NCBI RefSeq assembly: GCF_964213995.1
Contig: NC_135801.1
Coordinates: forward strand, 155,248,001-155,312,000
Direction: 5' to 3'
DNA length: 64,000 bases
Origin: Mustelus asterias
Taxonomy: Eukaryota
Part shown: positions 11,138-24,908 of the stretch, in pieces
Position numbering within the stretch: position 1 is the first letter of the stretch
Layout of the letters: every line of letters begins with the position of its first letter
Notes under the pieces: generated by a model
Database searches by the model: none
Seen by the model: the letters and a program-made list of their open reading frames with translations, nothing else
Told to the model about the DNA's origin: nothing
Translations under genes and position numbers: made by a program

Positions 11138-13586
11138 CCAGGCTGTTCAGATTTGCCAAAATCGCCATCAAAAAGTACTGTGTTGACTCCCTGGCCCATT
11201 AATAAGCTTCTAAGAGAGTTAAATAAGCTGTGATTTGGAGGCAAGCGGGTTTCCTACCCCCTCCCACCCTCCAGCTTTTTGAAAATTGGAGACTGTCCCG
11301 GAGGTATCAGGATCCAGAGCCCAACTCTGGGACTATAATTTTGAAATCGTGCCCACACCAGGTCCTGACCCCTCTGGCATCTAAAAATGCAACCCCTCAG
11401 TGTCTCTGCGTGAAATGGATAAGTAAATAATTCCTGTAGTGTTTAGACTCTTAACAGTGTGTGCTGAATATGCCCTAGGCATTTCATTGACAGCGTCCTT
11501 GCACTGTCTGAGAGCTACAGACTGTACAAAACAGAAAGCCATTGTTTAAAGTGCCATATTATGTGACAGGCAATGTGCGTGACATCAACATATTTAATGT
11601 TCCAACTTTATCTGTATAGAATAGATAAATTAGAGTTAAGTTATGACTTTGTATTTGCAAGATCCACTGGATCAAGCTGCTTCAAGAGGCACATGACCTT
11701 TTCACATCCCATGCTTACGTTCTTGCAGTTTATTATAAGAATCAAATGAAATATTTTGCTTCATGCAATGAGTCACCACAAGTATTTTATGTATATATTT
11801 TAAATCATCAATATATAGTTAAGCATGATGGCATTCACAAAACATCAATGACTTGCATAGTTTTCCTGGGAAAGAGGGAGTTAGAGCAGCAGTATTCTTG
11901 AATGTAGAAGAACTTAATATTGCATTCTCGGAGCTCAACATGGGGAAAGATTATGTGAGCAGTGAACCATAGTAATATCAATAGAGAGGGAAAAATATGA
12001 TTGTAATGGAAGAGGGAGAATGAGAAGCACATTGATTGATGGCACAATAGGTAACTATCCTAAAATTATGCCCTTTACATAATCATCTATTTCAGATCCT
12101 ATAACTCTTCATATAAAAGAGTTCAAATTATTTACTTTTGTCAGAGCAGTTTAATTTTCTTGTCTGAATTTCTTGTGTTGAATTAGACTGTGTTCATGAA
12201 CTGCAGCTGCTGAAGGAACATGAGAACAAGGCATTATTTTATAATATCAGATATCAAAGTTGTTCACTGTATGTGCACAGGGGCTGGGAGGAAAAGGACT
12301 ACAAGAGATGCTTAGCGTTGGACTGTGGATATTTGAGTGCATCAGCATACTTCAATGTTCTTTTGAAGGGGGTTTAAGGAATTCTATCTTATATAAGCAG
12401 AGGCTTTATATGACAATATGAGTTGTTATCATCATGATATTTGTGTGACAGACAGGCATGCACATAGTAACCCCCTTTAATCCCCTTCTTGAGGATTTGC
12501 AAGCACCAAAGCCGGTTTAATAATATTCATGGGTTTTAGGTAAATATTCTCTAAGTCTGGCTGTCAGACACTTATCCACATTTTTCTTCCTACGACCGTT
12601 TACAATTGCGAAAGAGCAAATAGCTTCGGAAGATGTGGATCAGTGCCTGCGACATGAATTAAACCGTTTGGAACAGTTCTCGGTGCAGTATTGTGTTATT
12701 TTGCCACATAACAGCTTCAGAAATGATCCTTTAGAAAACCTAAATGATATGGATTTCGGATGCTCATTAAGATGAAGGATGACAGTACTGTCAGTCCAAT
12801 CATCAGCCACTTCGTGTCCACTTTATTGCCATGACAATGCAAGCCCCCACCCAACCCCCACTCCTCGGAATGGATTCAAAAAGCGACCACTAGCCATTTT
12901 TAAAAAGGGATAAATCTCAATAGTATAATCACTAACTAAATCCCTTACAAAGAGTTCTGAATCATGGGTTGCTGTGTTATGAAGAAATATAGTTTATTAA
13001 TATTCAATGTTTCCACTCTTCAAGGAAGGGGAGGATTAACATTGATTCTGCTCTCCAGAGGATATCCTGGGGAGGGTGACAACACTGTGTCCTTCAGTTA
13101 CGTTATACAATTCTTCACAAGAGTTCTACTTTATTTATGACAAAACAATAGTATTATGTGCAGGAATAGTAAAGGCTGAAAACAGACCACCCTCTCACTT
13201 ACATAACTAAAAAAAAAGCTAGAATGTCTCATACTTGTCGGATTTCTTTGTCTATGAGTATAGCCAGGAAAGTAAAGAACCAAAGTCCTTTTTTGGTTAA
13301 TCATAACAGTCCACTCTGAGATAATAAACTTGAATATCACGTGAAATTATACCTGCCTCTGCCGCTTCTGCTTTGGTTTAATCAGCATCACAGACTAACA
13401 TCCATATTCCGCCAACATTTATATGTTTAACTCTAGCTAAACCAGATATGACCTGACAAGATATTTTCCTGATAATGAAAAGGTTATAAATGGAAATAAT
13501 CTAGAGATGGGTCTTGAAGAACACCTCTGAAATATTTTAATGGAGTGAAGAGTAGGAGAATGGCAGCAATTGCAGAATAAGAACCA

Positions 13587-13850
13587 TAAGACATAGGGGC
13601 ATTCATTACCATCATGACTAATTTTCTCCTTCAATTCTACTTTCCTGTCCACTCCCCATAACCTTTGATTTCCCCAAGAGACCAAAAATCTGTCCATCTC
13701 AGCCTTAAGTATGTTCAGCATTGGGGTAGAAAATTCTAAAGATTCACAACCCTTTGATGGAGAAATTTCTCCTCACCTCAGTTCAAATTGCTTAATCTCA
13801 TGCCCTGAGACTGTGTCCCAAAGTTGTAAATTCACAGCCAAGGGAAACAA
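13587..13850 (-). mobile_element. CR1 3' fragment (degenerate)
   Basis: LNILKAEMDRFL motif on the minus strand; CATAAGA tail. Confidence 0.7.
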
Positions 13851-13851
13851 T

Positions 13852-13955
13852 GACCATAATTCTCCAGGAGGAGAATTTGCCGCACAGCCAGATCTCCATT
13901 CACTTGAGTGGGACTGGCGAATCCCAGTTGCCGGCGAGGTCGGAGAATCCGGCTT
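13852..13955. mobile_element. Harbinger-type MITE
   Basis: Degenerate TIRs GACCATAATTCTCC / GGAGAATCCGGCTT; 3-bp TSD AAT. Confidence 0.6.
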
Positions 13956-13999
13956 AATCTCTCTGTGTGTACCTTGTCAAGCCACTGCAAAATTATGAA

Positions 14000-14520
14000 G
14001 TCATAGGATCCCTACACACAGAAAGAGGCCATTCACCCCATCGAGCTTGCACTGACAACAATCCCACCTAATTCCCGTAACCCCACATATTTACCCTGCT
14101 AATCCCCCCCGAAACTAGGGTCAATTTAACATGACCAATCAACCTAACCACATCTTTGGAAGGTGTGTGGCACGATGGTACAGTGGTTAGCACTGCTGCC
14201 TCACAGCGCCAGGGATCCAGGTTCAATTCCAGCCTCGGGTGACTGTGTGGAGTTTGCACATTCTCCCCATGTCTGCGTGGGTTTCCTCCAGGTGCTCTGG
14301 TTTCCTCCCACATTCCAAAGATGTGCAGGTTAGGTGGCTTGGCCAATTGGTCATGCTAAATTGCCCCTTAGTATCCCAAGATGTGTAGGTTAGATGGGAT
14401 TAGCCATGGCAAATGTGGGAGAGTACAGGGATAGGGTGGGGGAGAGGGCCTGTGTAAAATACTCTGTCAAAGAGTTGGTACTGATTTGATGGGCCGAATG
14501 GCCTCTTCTGCACTGTAGTG
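14000..14520. mobile_element. Two HE1-type SINEs: minus-strand 3' half (14000-14160) and plus-strand full copy (14165-14520)
   Basis: A/B boxes and core; CR1-type tail. Confidence 0.85.
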
Positions 14521-14759
14521 ATACTAAGGAATCTTGTGTACTGCAATGAGACCATCTCTCATTCCAGTAAACTCCAGAGAGTATAGGCCCAGTTTACTCA
14601 GTCTCCCATCATAGGACAATCTTCTCAACCCAAGAACTAAGTCAGCGATCAACATTGCAGCCAATGTCAGGAGATCCAACATGATGTGTTGTCTTCCTGG
14701 TGCAAGGGTAAAATATATGATGCTACAGGTGGAAATATTCCCAGAAAGGGGGAGAGAAC

Positions 14760-15056
14760 CCAGAGCTGAAATGGTTGTCACGAGAGGCCACAGGTTTAGG
14801 GTGCTGGGGAGTAGGGATAGAGGAGATGTTAGGGGTAAGCTTTTCACTCAGAGGGTGGTGGGTGCGTGGAATTGGCTGCCGGTAGTGGTGGTGGAAGCGG
14901 ATTCGATTGAGTCTTTTAAGAGACTTTTGGATAGGTTCATAGAGGTTAGTAAGATAGAGGGTTATAGATGAGCCTAGAAGGTAAGGAAATTGTTCGGCGC
15001 AACTTGTGAGCCGAAGGGCCTGTTTGTGCTGTAGCTTTTCTATGTTCTATGTTCTA
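14760..15056 (+). mobile_element. CR1 3' fragment
   Basis: PRAEMVVTRGHRFRV...LFTQRVVGAWNWLP; (TTCTATG)n tail; same subfamily as 5839-6175. Confidence 0.9.
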
Positions 15057-15199
15057 TAACAATCCAAAGTCATGATTCAAATTAGAACCAATAACCTGGA
15101 TAGGAAGTTGTTCTTATCTTCAATCATTCATAGGATGAAGGCATCGCTGCCTGTGCCAGTATTTGTTGTCCATCCCTAATTTTCCTTGGGAGGTGGTTT

Positions 15200-16380
15200 A
15201 AGCAGTTAGGTACTGGACTAAAAATAACGGCTCCTGGATGGTAATCCCTAGACTGTTTCCTTTGCCGGGGACTGAATAGGCCAAGAGAAGGAAGGTGGGG
15301 ATATTAGAAAGGTCAGGCTATGCCTGCAGAGCTGGTGCAGAAGGGAGGTCATAACCTTCGGTAATCAGATCAATTTCTGGAACTAGGAAAGTTTTTTCCC
15401 AAAAGAATGGCTTTCACCTGAATTAAAAAGAATGCCCATGTCCTTACGGAATGAGTAAATAGAGGATTGGAGAATAATTTAAATTAATGTGACATTGAAT
15501 GGTCGGAAAGTCAAGGTTTGGGACTAGACGGGGTGAGTATAATTAATCCAGCTTTAAAGTGGAACGCAAAGGCTTAGCTCTAATAAAGAGCGAGAAAATG
15601 CATGGCTGGACAGTTAGTACGAGGCAGTGAGAAATAAAAAAGGACTTGTAGGAGGTGGAAGAGATATCAAAAGATTAAATACAAAATCAGAAAAGGAATT
15701 AGGTTGAAGCTTGCAAGAGTATGACTATGAATGCAGGGAGAATTGACAAAAAAACAATATTGAAGAGTTCGAAACATGAATAATTATGGAGGAATCTTAC
15801 AATAGCTATAGGCAGAATTTAAGTTTGAAATGGGTTGAGAATGTAATATTGCTGGTTAAAATTTAAGAGAGACTGGGAAGCAAAATGGAGGTGGGTTGAC
15901 AGTATGAGTAAAGGAATTTATCACAGCATATTGCCTGTCCAACAACACCCTTAAGATAGAATCTATCTGAACAGAGCTGAGATAAAGGGAAAATGATGGT
16001 ACAATTGACAGAGAATTACTGTTAAAAAAATTCATGTCGGTGGGTTGGGGATCACTTTACGGAATGCATCCGGAACAAATTCCGAGATCAGTAAGAATGC
16101 AAGACGCACTGCTTGATTTAGATTGTGGAAATAAATCAGAGCAAGTAACTGAAGTGAGTGTAAAACATTGTAAACAGTCAGCTGGATTAAGCGTAAGGGC
16201 AGAAAATCATAATAACGTGTCAAATAAGGGTGTTCGGATGGAAAAATGCTAAGTTTGACAAAGTAAAAACGTATCGCATCTAAGCAAACTTGGCACAAAG
16301 ATTAGCAAGCTGGTTGACAGATCAACAGTGGGAACTGTTCAATCAAGGGATACAGAGGATTTTGATGTGGGGCAATATTG
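15200..16380 (+). mobile_element. Highly degenerate CR1 5' part (ORF1 esterase end plus ORF2 endonuclease region)
   Basis: Purine-rich; remnants such as WLQ.WC.REG, G.HLN..G...L and YMNA..I; many stops. Confidence 0.5.
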
Positions 16381-16539
16381 GAAAAGAGGTGACATGGAAT
16401 CAGCTGTCCGGATACATCTTCCCTGATTTTCACAACAAAATGCACGACCCTCAGACGAACTGTTAGATATCAGGCAATGACCATCTCCACCATCTTTTAG
16501 ATGTCACCAGGACCAAGATTGGAGATGGGTGAAGGTAAA

Positions 16540-17125
16540 AAAAATAACCTAGCTGACCAGAGTGCCCAGTCTTCGGCCGCTTCCTACCCCGGCCCATTTT
16601 CTGTTTAAAGTGATTAGGGACCACACCCGACTAAAGGGGAGCAAGTGGAAATTTGCAGTTGACCTTCAGCTGAACTCTCTATCCCAGCAGCTGATCGATG
16701 GGGGGGGGGGCCCGGTGGCAAGGCGCCAGGCAGGTCTCCAGGTCTTCCCTGCTCACCTGAATGCTGCAGCAGCCACAGGCATCCTTGTAGAGATGGTTCC
16801 TCCATCCTCCACAATGTTGGGTTGGCTGCCAATTCTGTTGTCTAGTTAAATTTAAAAATAGGTGCAGAGGGGCTGCCTCCATTTTGAAATGCTCTCTCCC
16901 TTACATACGCTGTGGCCTGCTGCTTCTTTCAAACTGGAAATCCTCTGATTGTCCCTCCAGTTTCAAGTGCCTGTCCATCATCCTTAATTGGACGCAAGCT
17001 GCCTGTTAATTAGCCGCCCCAGGGAAAATCACAATGAGTGACTATTTGCCGCATGGTATGGTTTTCTGACCCGCATTTCAGCCTGATGGCGTGGTTCAGA
17101 AACCCACAGGGAAGCCCATAGCCTG
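16540..17125. mobile_element. Old GC-rich non-autonomous DNA element (Harbinger-like)
   Basis: Motifs (CCTTAATTGG, AAGTGGAAA/AAGTCC) shared with 21390-22092 and 27831-28562. Confidence 0.4.
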
Positions 17126-17379
17126 TATTACACAGATTGTTTAGCTTTCAGTATTGCTAACTTGTGGCTTTGCCTTTTATAAATATCAGATCAGCCCACA
17201 TATTGGATACATATCATTGTACTGCTTCTGTTCATGTCTCTGTTTTTATAGGAGAACACTTTGTCAGAAGTTCAGAGCTTGCGGGTAGTTGTAACATTTG
17301 GTGATGGTGTAAATGGCTGAGATTGGATCGACCTTCCATTTCCAGCTTTATTTCCATTTAATTGCTTATGTTAAATTAA

Positions 17380-19060
17380 TTTTTTTATGGGATAAAGATG
17401 TCGCTGACTAGGCCAGCGACATCTCCCATGACTTGCCTATCCGTAGTTGCCCTACAGAAGATTGTGGGGAGGTGCCTTCTTGAACCTGAGGCGGAGGTAC
17501 ACTTACAGTGCTAATAGGGAGGGAATTCCAATATTTTGACCCAATGACAGCAATATATTTTCAAGTCAGGATGATAAGTGACTTCAAGGGGAACCTCCAG
17601 GTGGTAGTGTTCCCAGGCATCTGCTGCTCTTGTTCTTCTAGATGGTAGTGGTCCTGGGTTTGAAAGGTGCTGTCTAAGGAACCATGGTGAGTTCCAGCAG
17701 TGCATCTTGTAGATGGTACACACGGCTGCCACTGTTCATCAGTGGTGGAGGGATTGAATGTTTTAGAAAGCAATCAAGCAGGCTGCTTTGTCCTGGATGG
17801 TGTCGAGCTTCTTGAGTGTTGTTGAAGCTGAATTCATCCAAGCAAGTGAGGAGTATTCCCATTACACTCCTGACTTGTGCCTTGTAGATAGTGGACAGGC
17901 TTTGAGGGGAGTCAGGAGATGAGTTACTCGCCAGAGGATTCCTAGCCTTTGAGGCCCACTCTGGTAGCCAAAGTATTTGTACGACTAGTAAAGATCATTT
18001 CCGGTCAATGGTAACTCCAAGGATGTTCATAGTGAAGGATTTAGTGATGGCAATGTCATTGAATGTCAAGGGCGATGGTTAGATCCTCACTTGGTGGAGA
18101 TGGTCATTGCCTGGCACTTGTGTGGCACAAATATTACTTGCCACTTGTCAGCCCAAGCCTGGAATTGGTCCAGGTTTTGCTGCATTTGGACATGAACTGC
18201 TTCAGTAGCTGAGAAGTTGCGAATGGTGCTGAACATTGTGCAGTCATCTGTGAACACCTCCACTTCTAACCTTCTGATAGAAGGGAGGTTATTGATGAAG
18301 CAGCTGAAGATAGTTGGGTTAATCTTAGATACCTTTTATCATAGAATCCCTACAGTGCAGAAGGAGGCCATTTGGCCCATCGAGTCTGCACTGACTACAA
18401 TCCCACCCAGGCCCTATTCCCATAACCCCACACATTTACCCTGCTAATCTCCTGACACTAGGGTCAATTTGGCATGGCCAGTCAACATACCCTGCATACC
18501 TTTGGACTGTGGGAGGAAACCAGAGCACCCAAAGGAAACCCACGCAGACACGGGGAGAATGTGCAAACTCCACACAGACTGACAGTTGAGGACAAATCCT
18601 AAGGAACTCCTGCAGTGATGTCCTGGAGCTGAGATGATTGACCTCCAATCACCTCAACCAGATATTACTTCAACCAGTGACAAGTTTTCTTCATGATTCC
18701 ATTGATTCCAGTTTTGCTGGGGCTCCTTGATGCCATACTTAGTCAAATGCTGTCTTGATGTCAAAAGCAGTCACTCTCACATCAGCTCTGGCATTCAGCT
18801 CTTCTGCCCATGTTTGAACCAAGGCTGTAATGAGGTCAGCTAAATAACCCATGGTGGGAACCAAACTGAGTGTCCAAGAGCAGGTTATTCTGAGTAAGTG
18901 TCGCTTGATAGGAGTGTTGGAGACCCCTTCCATCGCTTTGTTGATGCTCGAGAGTAGACCAATGAGGTGGTAATTGGTCAGGTTGGATTTGTTCTGTTAC
19001 TTGTGTATAGGACATATCTGGGCAATTTGCCACATTGCCCGGTAAATGCCAGTGATGTAA
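17380..19060 (-). mobile_element. CR1-group LINE family B, RT and 3' end, interrupted by an HE1 SINE
   Basis: DLITALVQTWAEELNARADVRVTAFDIKTAFD RT motif; 3' tail matches SINE family B. Confidence 0.85.
18338..18582 (-). mobile_element. HE1-type SINE (5' truncated)
   Basis: Core and tail homology. Confidence 0.85.
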
Positions 19061-20664
19061 CTCATTGCCTTAAATGGCCACCTTATCAAAACTTACTGGC
19101 TGGGGAATTGCTTGTCCACTTTGGTAGTCAACTTTGTTCATATTTTCCATACTACATCAAGCCTGTCCTTCAGTTACCCACTCTCCCCAGGAACATTTCA
19201 TTTCATTCATTTTCATGCACATGCACCGTTCCTGACAATAGCCTCACAGTTCACGTGAAGTACCCTTCAGTCCTTCTCTCCCATTGTTCAAGGATGACTG
19301 GTGTGGGAAAAGGAGCCTTCACCAAGATCGGTTGCCTTCCTTGCGGTGTCTATTTTAACTCAACCCTTGAGATATCTGTACTTGACACACTGTCTAGAAC
19401 GTACTCCATGCGACTTCTGACCACTCTCACATGTAATGTCAGATTTGCCCAAACTGCCCCCCAATGTTTACCCCCCCCCGCCCCCCCCCCCCACCCCCAC
19501 CCAGCAGCACTGAGAAACAGCAGCCTAAATTGACAGGGCATGGGGTGATCTTAACTTTTGGATTTATTTTTCAACTGTCCTACCCTTCCCATACTACTCT
19601 CGGCTCCAAGTAAATATGAATGCCTTGTAGTCAAAATTCTGAGAATATTTCATTGCCCAGCATCAATATTTGTTGTGGTGAAGAGTATTTTCCCTAAAAA
19701 TCAGCAAAGCAAAATAAATTTGATGTAAAAAATTCATTAACACAAGAACACATAGATACAGCGATCCAAAGAAAATGAACAGTTTGACAATCATTGAGTG
19801 GAACAAAGACTTAGCACAACAGTAAGTATTCCACTTTCTGCTTCAAGTAATGATGCACAAGCAGGATATATTTTCAAATTAGAAAGCACAGGACAACAGC
19901 AGTGCTTGCATTTATTTTGCTAGTTATTTATTCATGGCCAGACTGAGCATTAGTATCCTGCTTGAAAACGAAAGCTTTGAACATTTCCGCGCGTGTGACA
20001 TTTTAAAAGTAAAATTGACCTTATGAAATCTAGAAGCCTTGTATGGACAAGCTTAAATTGTGTTTCTGGAGAGTGGCAAGGAATTGTGGGAATTGACTTT
20101 CTACATTAGCCTCTTGCCGCTCAAGTTGCACAACTAGATTAAGCCACATCTCATTCAAGTGCTGCGTCAGACCAGAGCAAAAGGTGGAATTAATTTAATG
20201 TTTGTCCCATTTTCCAATCTCCTCTGTATGCATGGTGTGAATTACCAACCGTGTTCATCCCCTGCAGTTCAGCATGACATGGGATTAGTTCCTCTATGAA
20301 GATGTTCACTTGCCCTTTCTTTGCAGTCAGCCTTTCTCCAATAAGCAGTGACAAAATAGGGATCATGATCCAGAGAAGGGACGTCAGCTTTAACCCTGAG
20401 TGATCGTCCCATTGTCTTGCAAATACACGGAGCATTGTACCTTCATTCAAGCCACTTAGAACTATGCAAGAATTCAAAGAACAGGACTATCAATATATAC
20501 CCTTTGTGCTGTTCAGTATTGTTCTATTTCATTTTAACTTTGGTATTACACTATAACTAAAATGTCTTATTTAATATATACAACATCGTTTGATGGTGGA
20601 AGGAAACATAAGATCAAATTTAAACTGATCGAGGAAGTAGCTTGGGAAGATATTATGGCATATT

Positions 20665-20985
20665 TCATAGAATTTCACAGAATCCCTACGGTGCAGAAAA
20701 GTCCATTCAGCCCATCAGCTCTGTACCGACAACAATTCCAACCGGGTCCTATCCCTGTAACATAATGTATTTACCCTGCCAATCCCCCTAACCTACACAT
20801 CTTGGGGCAATCTAGCATGGTCAATCCAACTATCCTACACATCTTTGGCCAGTGGGAGGAAACCAGAGCACCCGGGGGAAACCCACACAGACATGGGGCG
20901 AATGTGCAAACTCCACAGGCCCAAAGCCGGAATTGAAACCAGGTCCCTGGCACTGTAAGGTAGCAGTGCTAAGCACTGTGCCAGG
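20665..20985 (-). mobile_element. HE1-type SINE
   Basis: Head, core and tail homology. Confidence 0.85.
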
Positions 20986-20989
20986 ACAT

Positions 20990-21370
20990 TGAGTAAACTT
21001 AAGGAGGAGATAGACATTTTTAATTAGTGACGGGTTGAATGGATATGGAAAATGGGCAGGAAAGTGGAGTTGAGGCTGAGATGAGAGCCGCCATGATCAT
21101 GTTGAATGGCAGAGCAGGTTCGAGGGGCTGAATTGCCTACTCCTGCCCCTGCTTTTAGTTCTTATGTTGTTATGAACTCTCTTCCTGAAAAGGTGGTGGA
21201 AGCAGAGTTTTCAAATATTTTTAAGGTGGAGATGGAGAGATTCTTGGTAAGTCAAGGGGTGATAGGTTATTGTGGGTATGAGGATGCAGATTTGGGGATA
21301 CTATCAGATCAGGCAGAGCAGGTTTGAGGGGCTGAATGGCCTGCTCATGCTCCTTGTTATAGGTTTGTAT
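20990..21370 (+). mobile_element. Two tandem CR1 3' tails
   Basis: LSKLKEEID and NSLPEKVVEAE..IFKVEMERFL motifs with 3' UTRs. Confidence 0.8.
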
Positions 21371-21389
21371 ATTCACATGTCTTTAACAT

Positions 21390-22092
21390 TTTAATTAGCT
21401 GCCTGCCTCAGGCATTCGACCCTGTTCCCAGCCTTTTGCTGGGAAAACTCCCCAGCATTGACTCCGATGCAGCTCGCCTGATTTTCTTGGCTATCCACTA
21501 GGGGGCAGATGGGCATTCATAATATAAAGCAGATGGCCTCCCCACCACCTTCCTGCCCACCCTTGGGCCTATTGTGATCCTGAAGTGGCCAATTAATGGC
21601 CACCTAAAGGTCTCATTCAGTCTCTGCCTCAATTTTACGTGTGACCGGGGGAAGGTGGATATCCACGGGGTACCTCCTTTGGGGTGGGGGGGTCCCCGTG
21701 TCCGCTGAAGGTGTCCCCTCCAAGATACTACCCTGCATTAACTCTGCCACTCTCTAAAACCTAACCGCCCCCACCCCTCTCCACCTTTCTCCACCCCTCC
21801 CACTCAATGGGGTCTTCCAGACAGGCCAGGCCAGAATCGCTGACTCACCTGCTCTGGTATGCAGCACGCCTTCACTAATTTGTAGTCCTGGTAATGGCCA
21901 TGATTCAAATCAGATTGATCAGCATCTCTCTGGTGCATGACTTCATACCAGATGCGGGTGAAAGTCCCACTCTGACCCAATTAAGGCTGGCCTTAGCATC
22001 TTATTGTTGTACTACAGATGGCTTTCTGGCATTGAGTGATTTTTTTTTGGTGAGTGGGGTGGGTAATGTATCCTCCAATAAAATCCACCCCC
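21390..22092. mobile_element. Old Harbinger-like non-autonomous element
   Basis: Ends in AATAAAATCCACCCC; GGCCAATTAATGGCC motif; related to 27831-28562. Confidence 0.45.
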
Positions 22093-22099
22093 ATATTTT

Positions 22100-22208
22100 A
22101 TTTGGGTTCTGAAGAAGAGTCATATTGGGATTCAAAACCTTGACTCTATTTCTCTCTGTGCATACACTGTAAGACCTGCTGCGTTTCCTCAGCAGTTTTT
22201 GTTTCTGT
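22100..22208 (+). mobile_element. Degenerate Penelope-type pLTR with decayed hammerhead motif
   Basis: CTGAAGA-agagtcatattgggatt-CAAAACC (GAAAC decayed) followed by AGACCTGCTG..TTTCCTCAGCA. Confidence 0.45.
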
Positions 22209-22739
22209 CACATATTTTAAAGTTCTGGCTTACTGTGCGATCACACTGCCTGGATTGGGACAGATCCATACAAAGCAAAAACATGCCAAATTCATCTCCA
22301 GTCTCTACCGCAGGACTCAACGAGGCCTGAATTAGGGATGCTTAAGTTTGCATCAACACCTCGAGAGCAAGGACAAGGAAAGAAAAATAATTCATAACCA
22401 GGCTGCCACTCCTTATTGCTGTCAGTCGATACACACAGGAAATGGCACATATGTGAGCATTGTGTTAGGATCAGACTAGATTTGACTATGAGGCTGATTT
22501 TTGAAGTTCAGTTATTTGGGTGGGGTACCGGAGAACTGACAGTATCCATGGAACCACTGCCCAACATGAAGTGGCACTTCCAAGACAGAAAGGGAGGAAA
22601 TTGGGAGAAAAGATTACAGTGTGAAATGTAGTTTAAATATCAATTATACTTGAATCCAACTTTGACTTCATAATTGATCTCGTAAATGGAACACTTAAAA
22701 AGTGTTCCCACCCTTGGGTCTATTGAGATCCTTAATTTT

Positions 22740-23800
22740 CTCAATGTTCTACTATTACATCCTTAATAATGGATTCTAGCATTTCCCTATGACTGATGTT
22801 GGGCTAACTGTCTTATAGTTTTCTGCTGTCTGTGTCCCTCCTTTCTTGAACAGAGGTGTTGCAATTGTCATTTTCCAATCCACTGAGACTTTTACCGGAA
22901 ACTAGGGAATTTTGAAGGATCACAACCAATGAATCTATTATCTCCGTCGCCACAAGTGTAAAGACATTAAGGGACTTGTCAGCCTTTTGTTCTAATAGTT
23001 TTCCCAATACCTTTCCCCAGTGATTATGATTGCGAAAGTTCCTCCCATTCTTTTACCTCTTGATTTTCAGGTACACCTGGGATGCTTTTTGCATCTCCTA
23101 CAGTGAAGACAGACAAAACTATTCCTGTTCTATACTTCTGACATTTCCTCGTTTCCCATTATTAATTCCCCAGTCTCACCTTCTAAGGGACTATTGCTCA
23201 CTTTAGCTATTCTTTTCCTTTTTAAATACTTTTCATAGAAATCATAGAATCCCTACAGTGCAGAAAGATGCCATTCAGCCCAAAGAGTCTGCACCAGCAA
23301 CATTCCCAGCCAGGCCCTATCCCTATCCCTGTAACCCCACGTATTTGCCCTGCTAATTTCCCTGACACTAAGAGGCAATTGAGCATGGCCAATCCACCTA
23401 ACCCACACATCATTGGACTGTGGGAGGTAACCAGATTAAAATCACCCATGATTATTGCAGTACCTTAGTTACTGTTGGGTAGCCTATAAACTACATCAAT
23501 AATGACTTCTTAACTTTGCTATTTCTTATCTCTTCCCAGAGTGACTGTACATATTGATCTTTTAAATTAATTTCATCGCTAATCACTGTACTAATGTTAT
23601 CCTTAATAAACAAAGATACCCAACCACCTTTTCCTAGCTCCTGTCCTTTCGAAATATAGGTCCCAGCCTTGATCATCTTGGAGCCACATCTCTAAAATGG
23701 CTATCAAGTTATATATATTTATTTCTATTTGTGCTATCAATTCAGCCATTTTGTTACAAATGCGGTGTGCATTTAAATACAGAACCTTTAATTCTAGCTT
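22740..23800 (-). mobile_element. CR1 ORF2 N-terminal (endonuclease) fragment, with an HE1 SINE inserted at 23236-23428
   Basis: LKVLYLNAHRICNKMAEL..LIAILEMWL, GKGGWVSLFIK, IIMGDFNL motifs. Confidence 0.85.
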
Positions 23801-23936
23801 TTCATTATTCTTGCAAACACTGGCAAATATATTGGTGCCAAAGACCAGGGGAAAATTCTGTCCCATATTAACTCTAACCAAATAAGTATAGTTGGATAGA
23901 TTTATTTAAATATAGCTTTTCCTGGCAGAATTTGTT

Positions 23937-24908
23937 GTTTGGAGCATATATAAATGATCTGGAGGAAAATGTGGGTGGCTTGATTAGTAAGTTTGTGGAT
24001 AACACGAAGATTAGCGGAGTTGCTGATTGTGCTGGGGATTATCAAAGGATACAACAGGTTATAGATAGATTGGAGACTTGGGCACAGAAATGGCAGATGG
24101 AGTTTAATCTGGACAAATGCAAGGTGATGCATTTTGGAGGATCAAATGTAGATGTAAATTATACTGTAAATAGCAGAACCCTTTGGAACATTAACATACC
24201 GAGGGATCTGGGCGTACAGGTCCACAGTTCCCTAAAAGTGGCAACACAAGTGGCCAAAGTGATTAAGAAGAAAAATGGTATGCTTGTCTTCATCAGCCAG
24301 GGCATTGAGTACAGAAGTTGGGAAATTATGTTGCAGCTATATAAAACCTTGGTTTGGCCGCATTTGAAGTATTGCATGCAGTTCTGGTCGCCACACTACC
24401 AGAAGGACGTGGAAGTATTGGGGAGAATGCAAAAAAGGTTCACCGAGATGTTGCCTGGTCTTGAGGGTGTTGACTATGAGGAGAGGTTGAATAAACTAGG
24501 GTTGTTTTCACTGGAATAATGGATGCTGAGGGGAGACCTGATAGAGATCTACAAATTCTGAGATGCATAACATGGGGGATAGTCAGAGGCTTTTTCCTAG
24601 AGCGGAACTGCCAATTACAAGGGAGCACAGGTTCAAGGAGAAAAGTTTAAGAGATGTGCGGGGAATGTTTTTCACCCAGAGAATGGTGGGTGCCTGGAAC
24701 GTGCTGCCAAAGGAGGTGGTGGAAGCAGGCACATTAGCAACATTTAAGAGGCATCTGGATGGGTATAAAAATAGGAAGGGAACAGAGGGATAGATATGAA
24801 CTGAGTAAGGGCAGAGGGTTTTTTTTAGTTAAGTTAGGACATCATGATTGATAAAGGCTTGGAGGGCCAAAGGGCCTGCTCCTGTGCTGTACTTCTCTTT
24901 GTTCTTTA
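23937..24908 (+). mobile_element. CR1 ORF2 RT C-terminal part and 3' UTR
   Basis: YINDLEENVGGLISKFVDNTKI..WQMEFNLDKCKVMHFG..LYKTLVWPHLKYC. Confidence 0.93.

Noticed and set aside
13203-13315. Minus-strand exon candidate with GTAAGT donor
   Set aside because: 113 nt with an internal T9 tract and low-complexity translation; likely chance.
18967-19533. 188-aa plus-strand ORF
   Set aside because: Antisense to LINE-B and degenerate CR1-like sequence; no coding signature.
23932-24519. 195-aa RT ORF as a functional gene
   Set aside because: 5'-truncated CR1 with the catalytic FADD mutated to FVDN and a downstream stop and frameshift.
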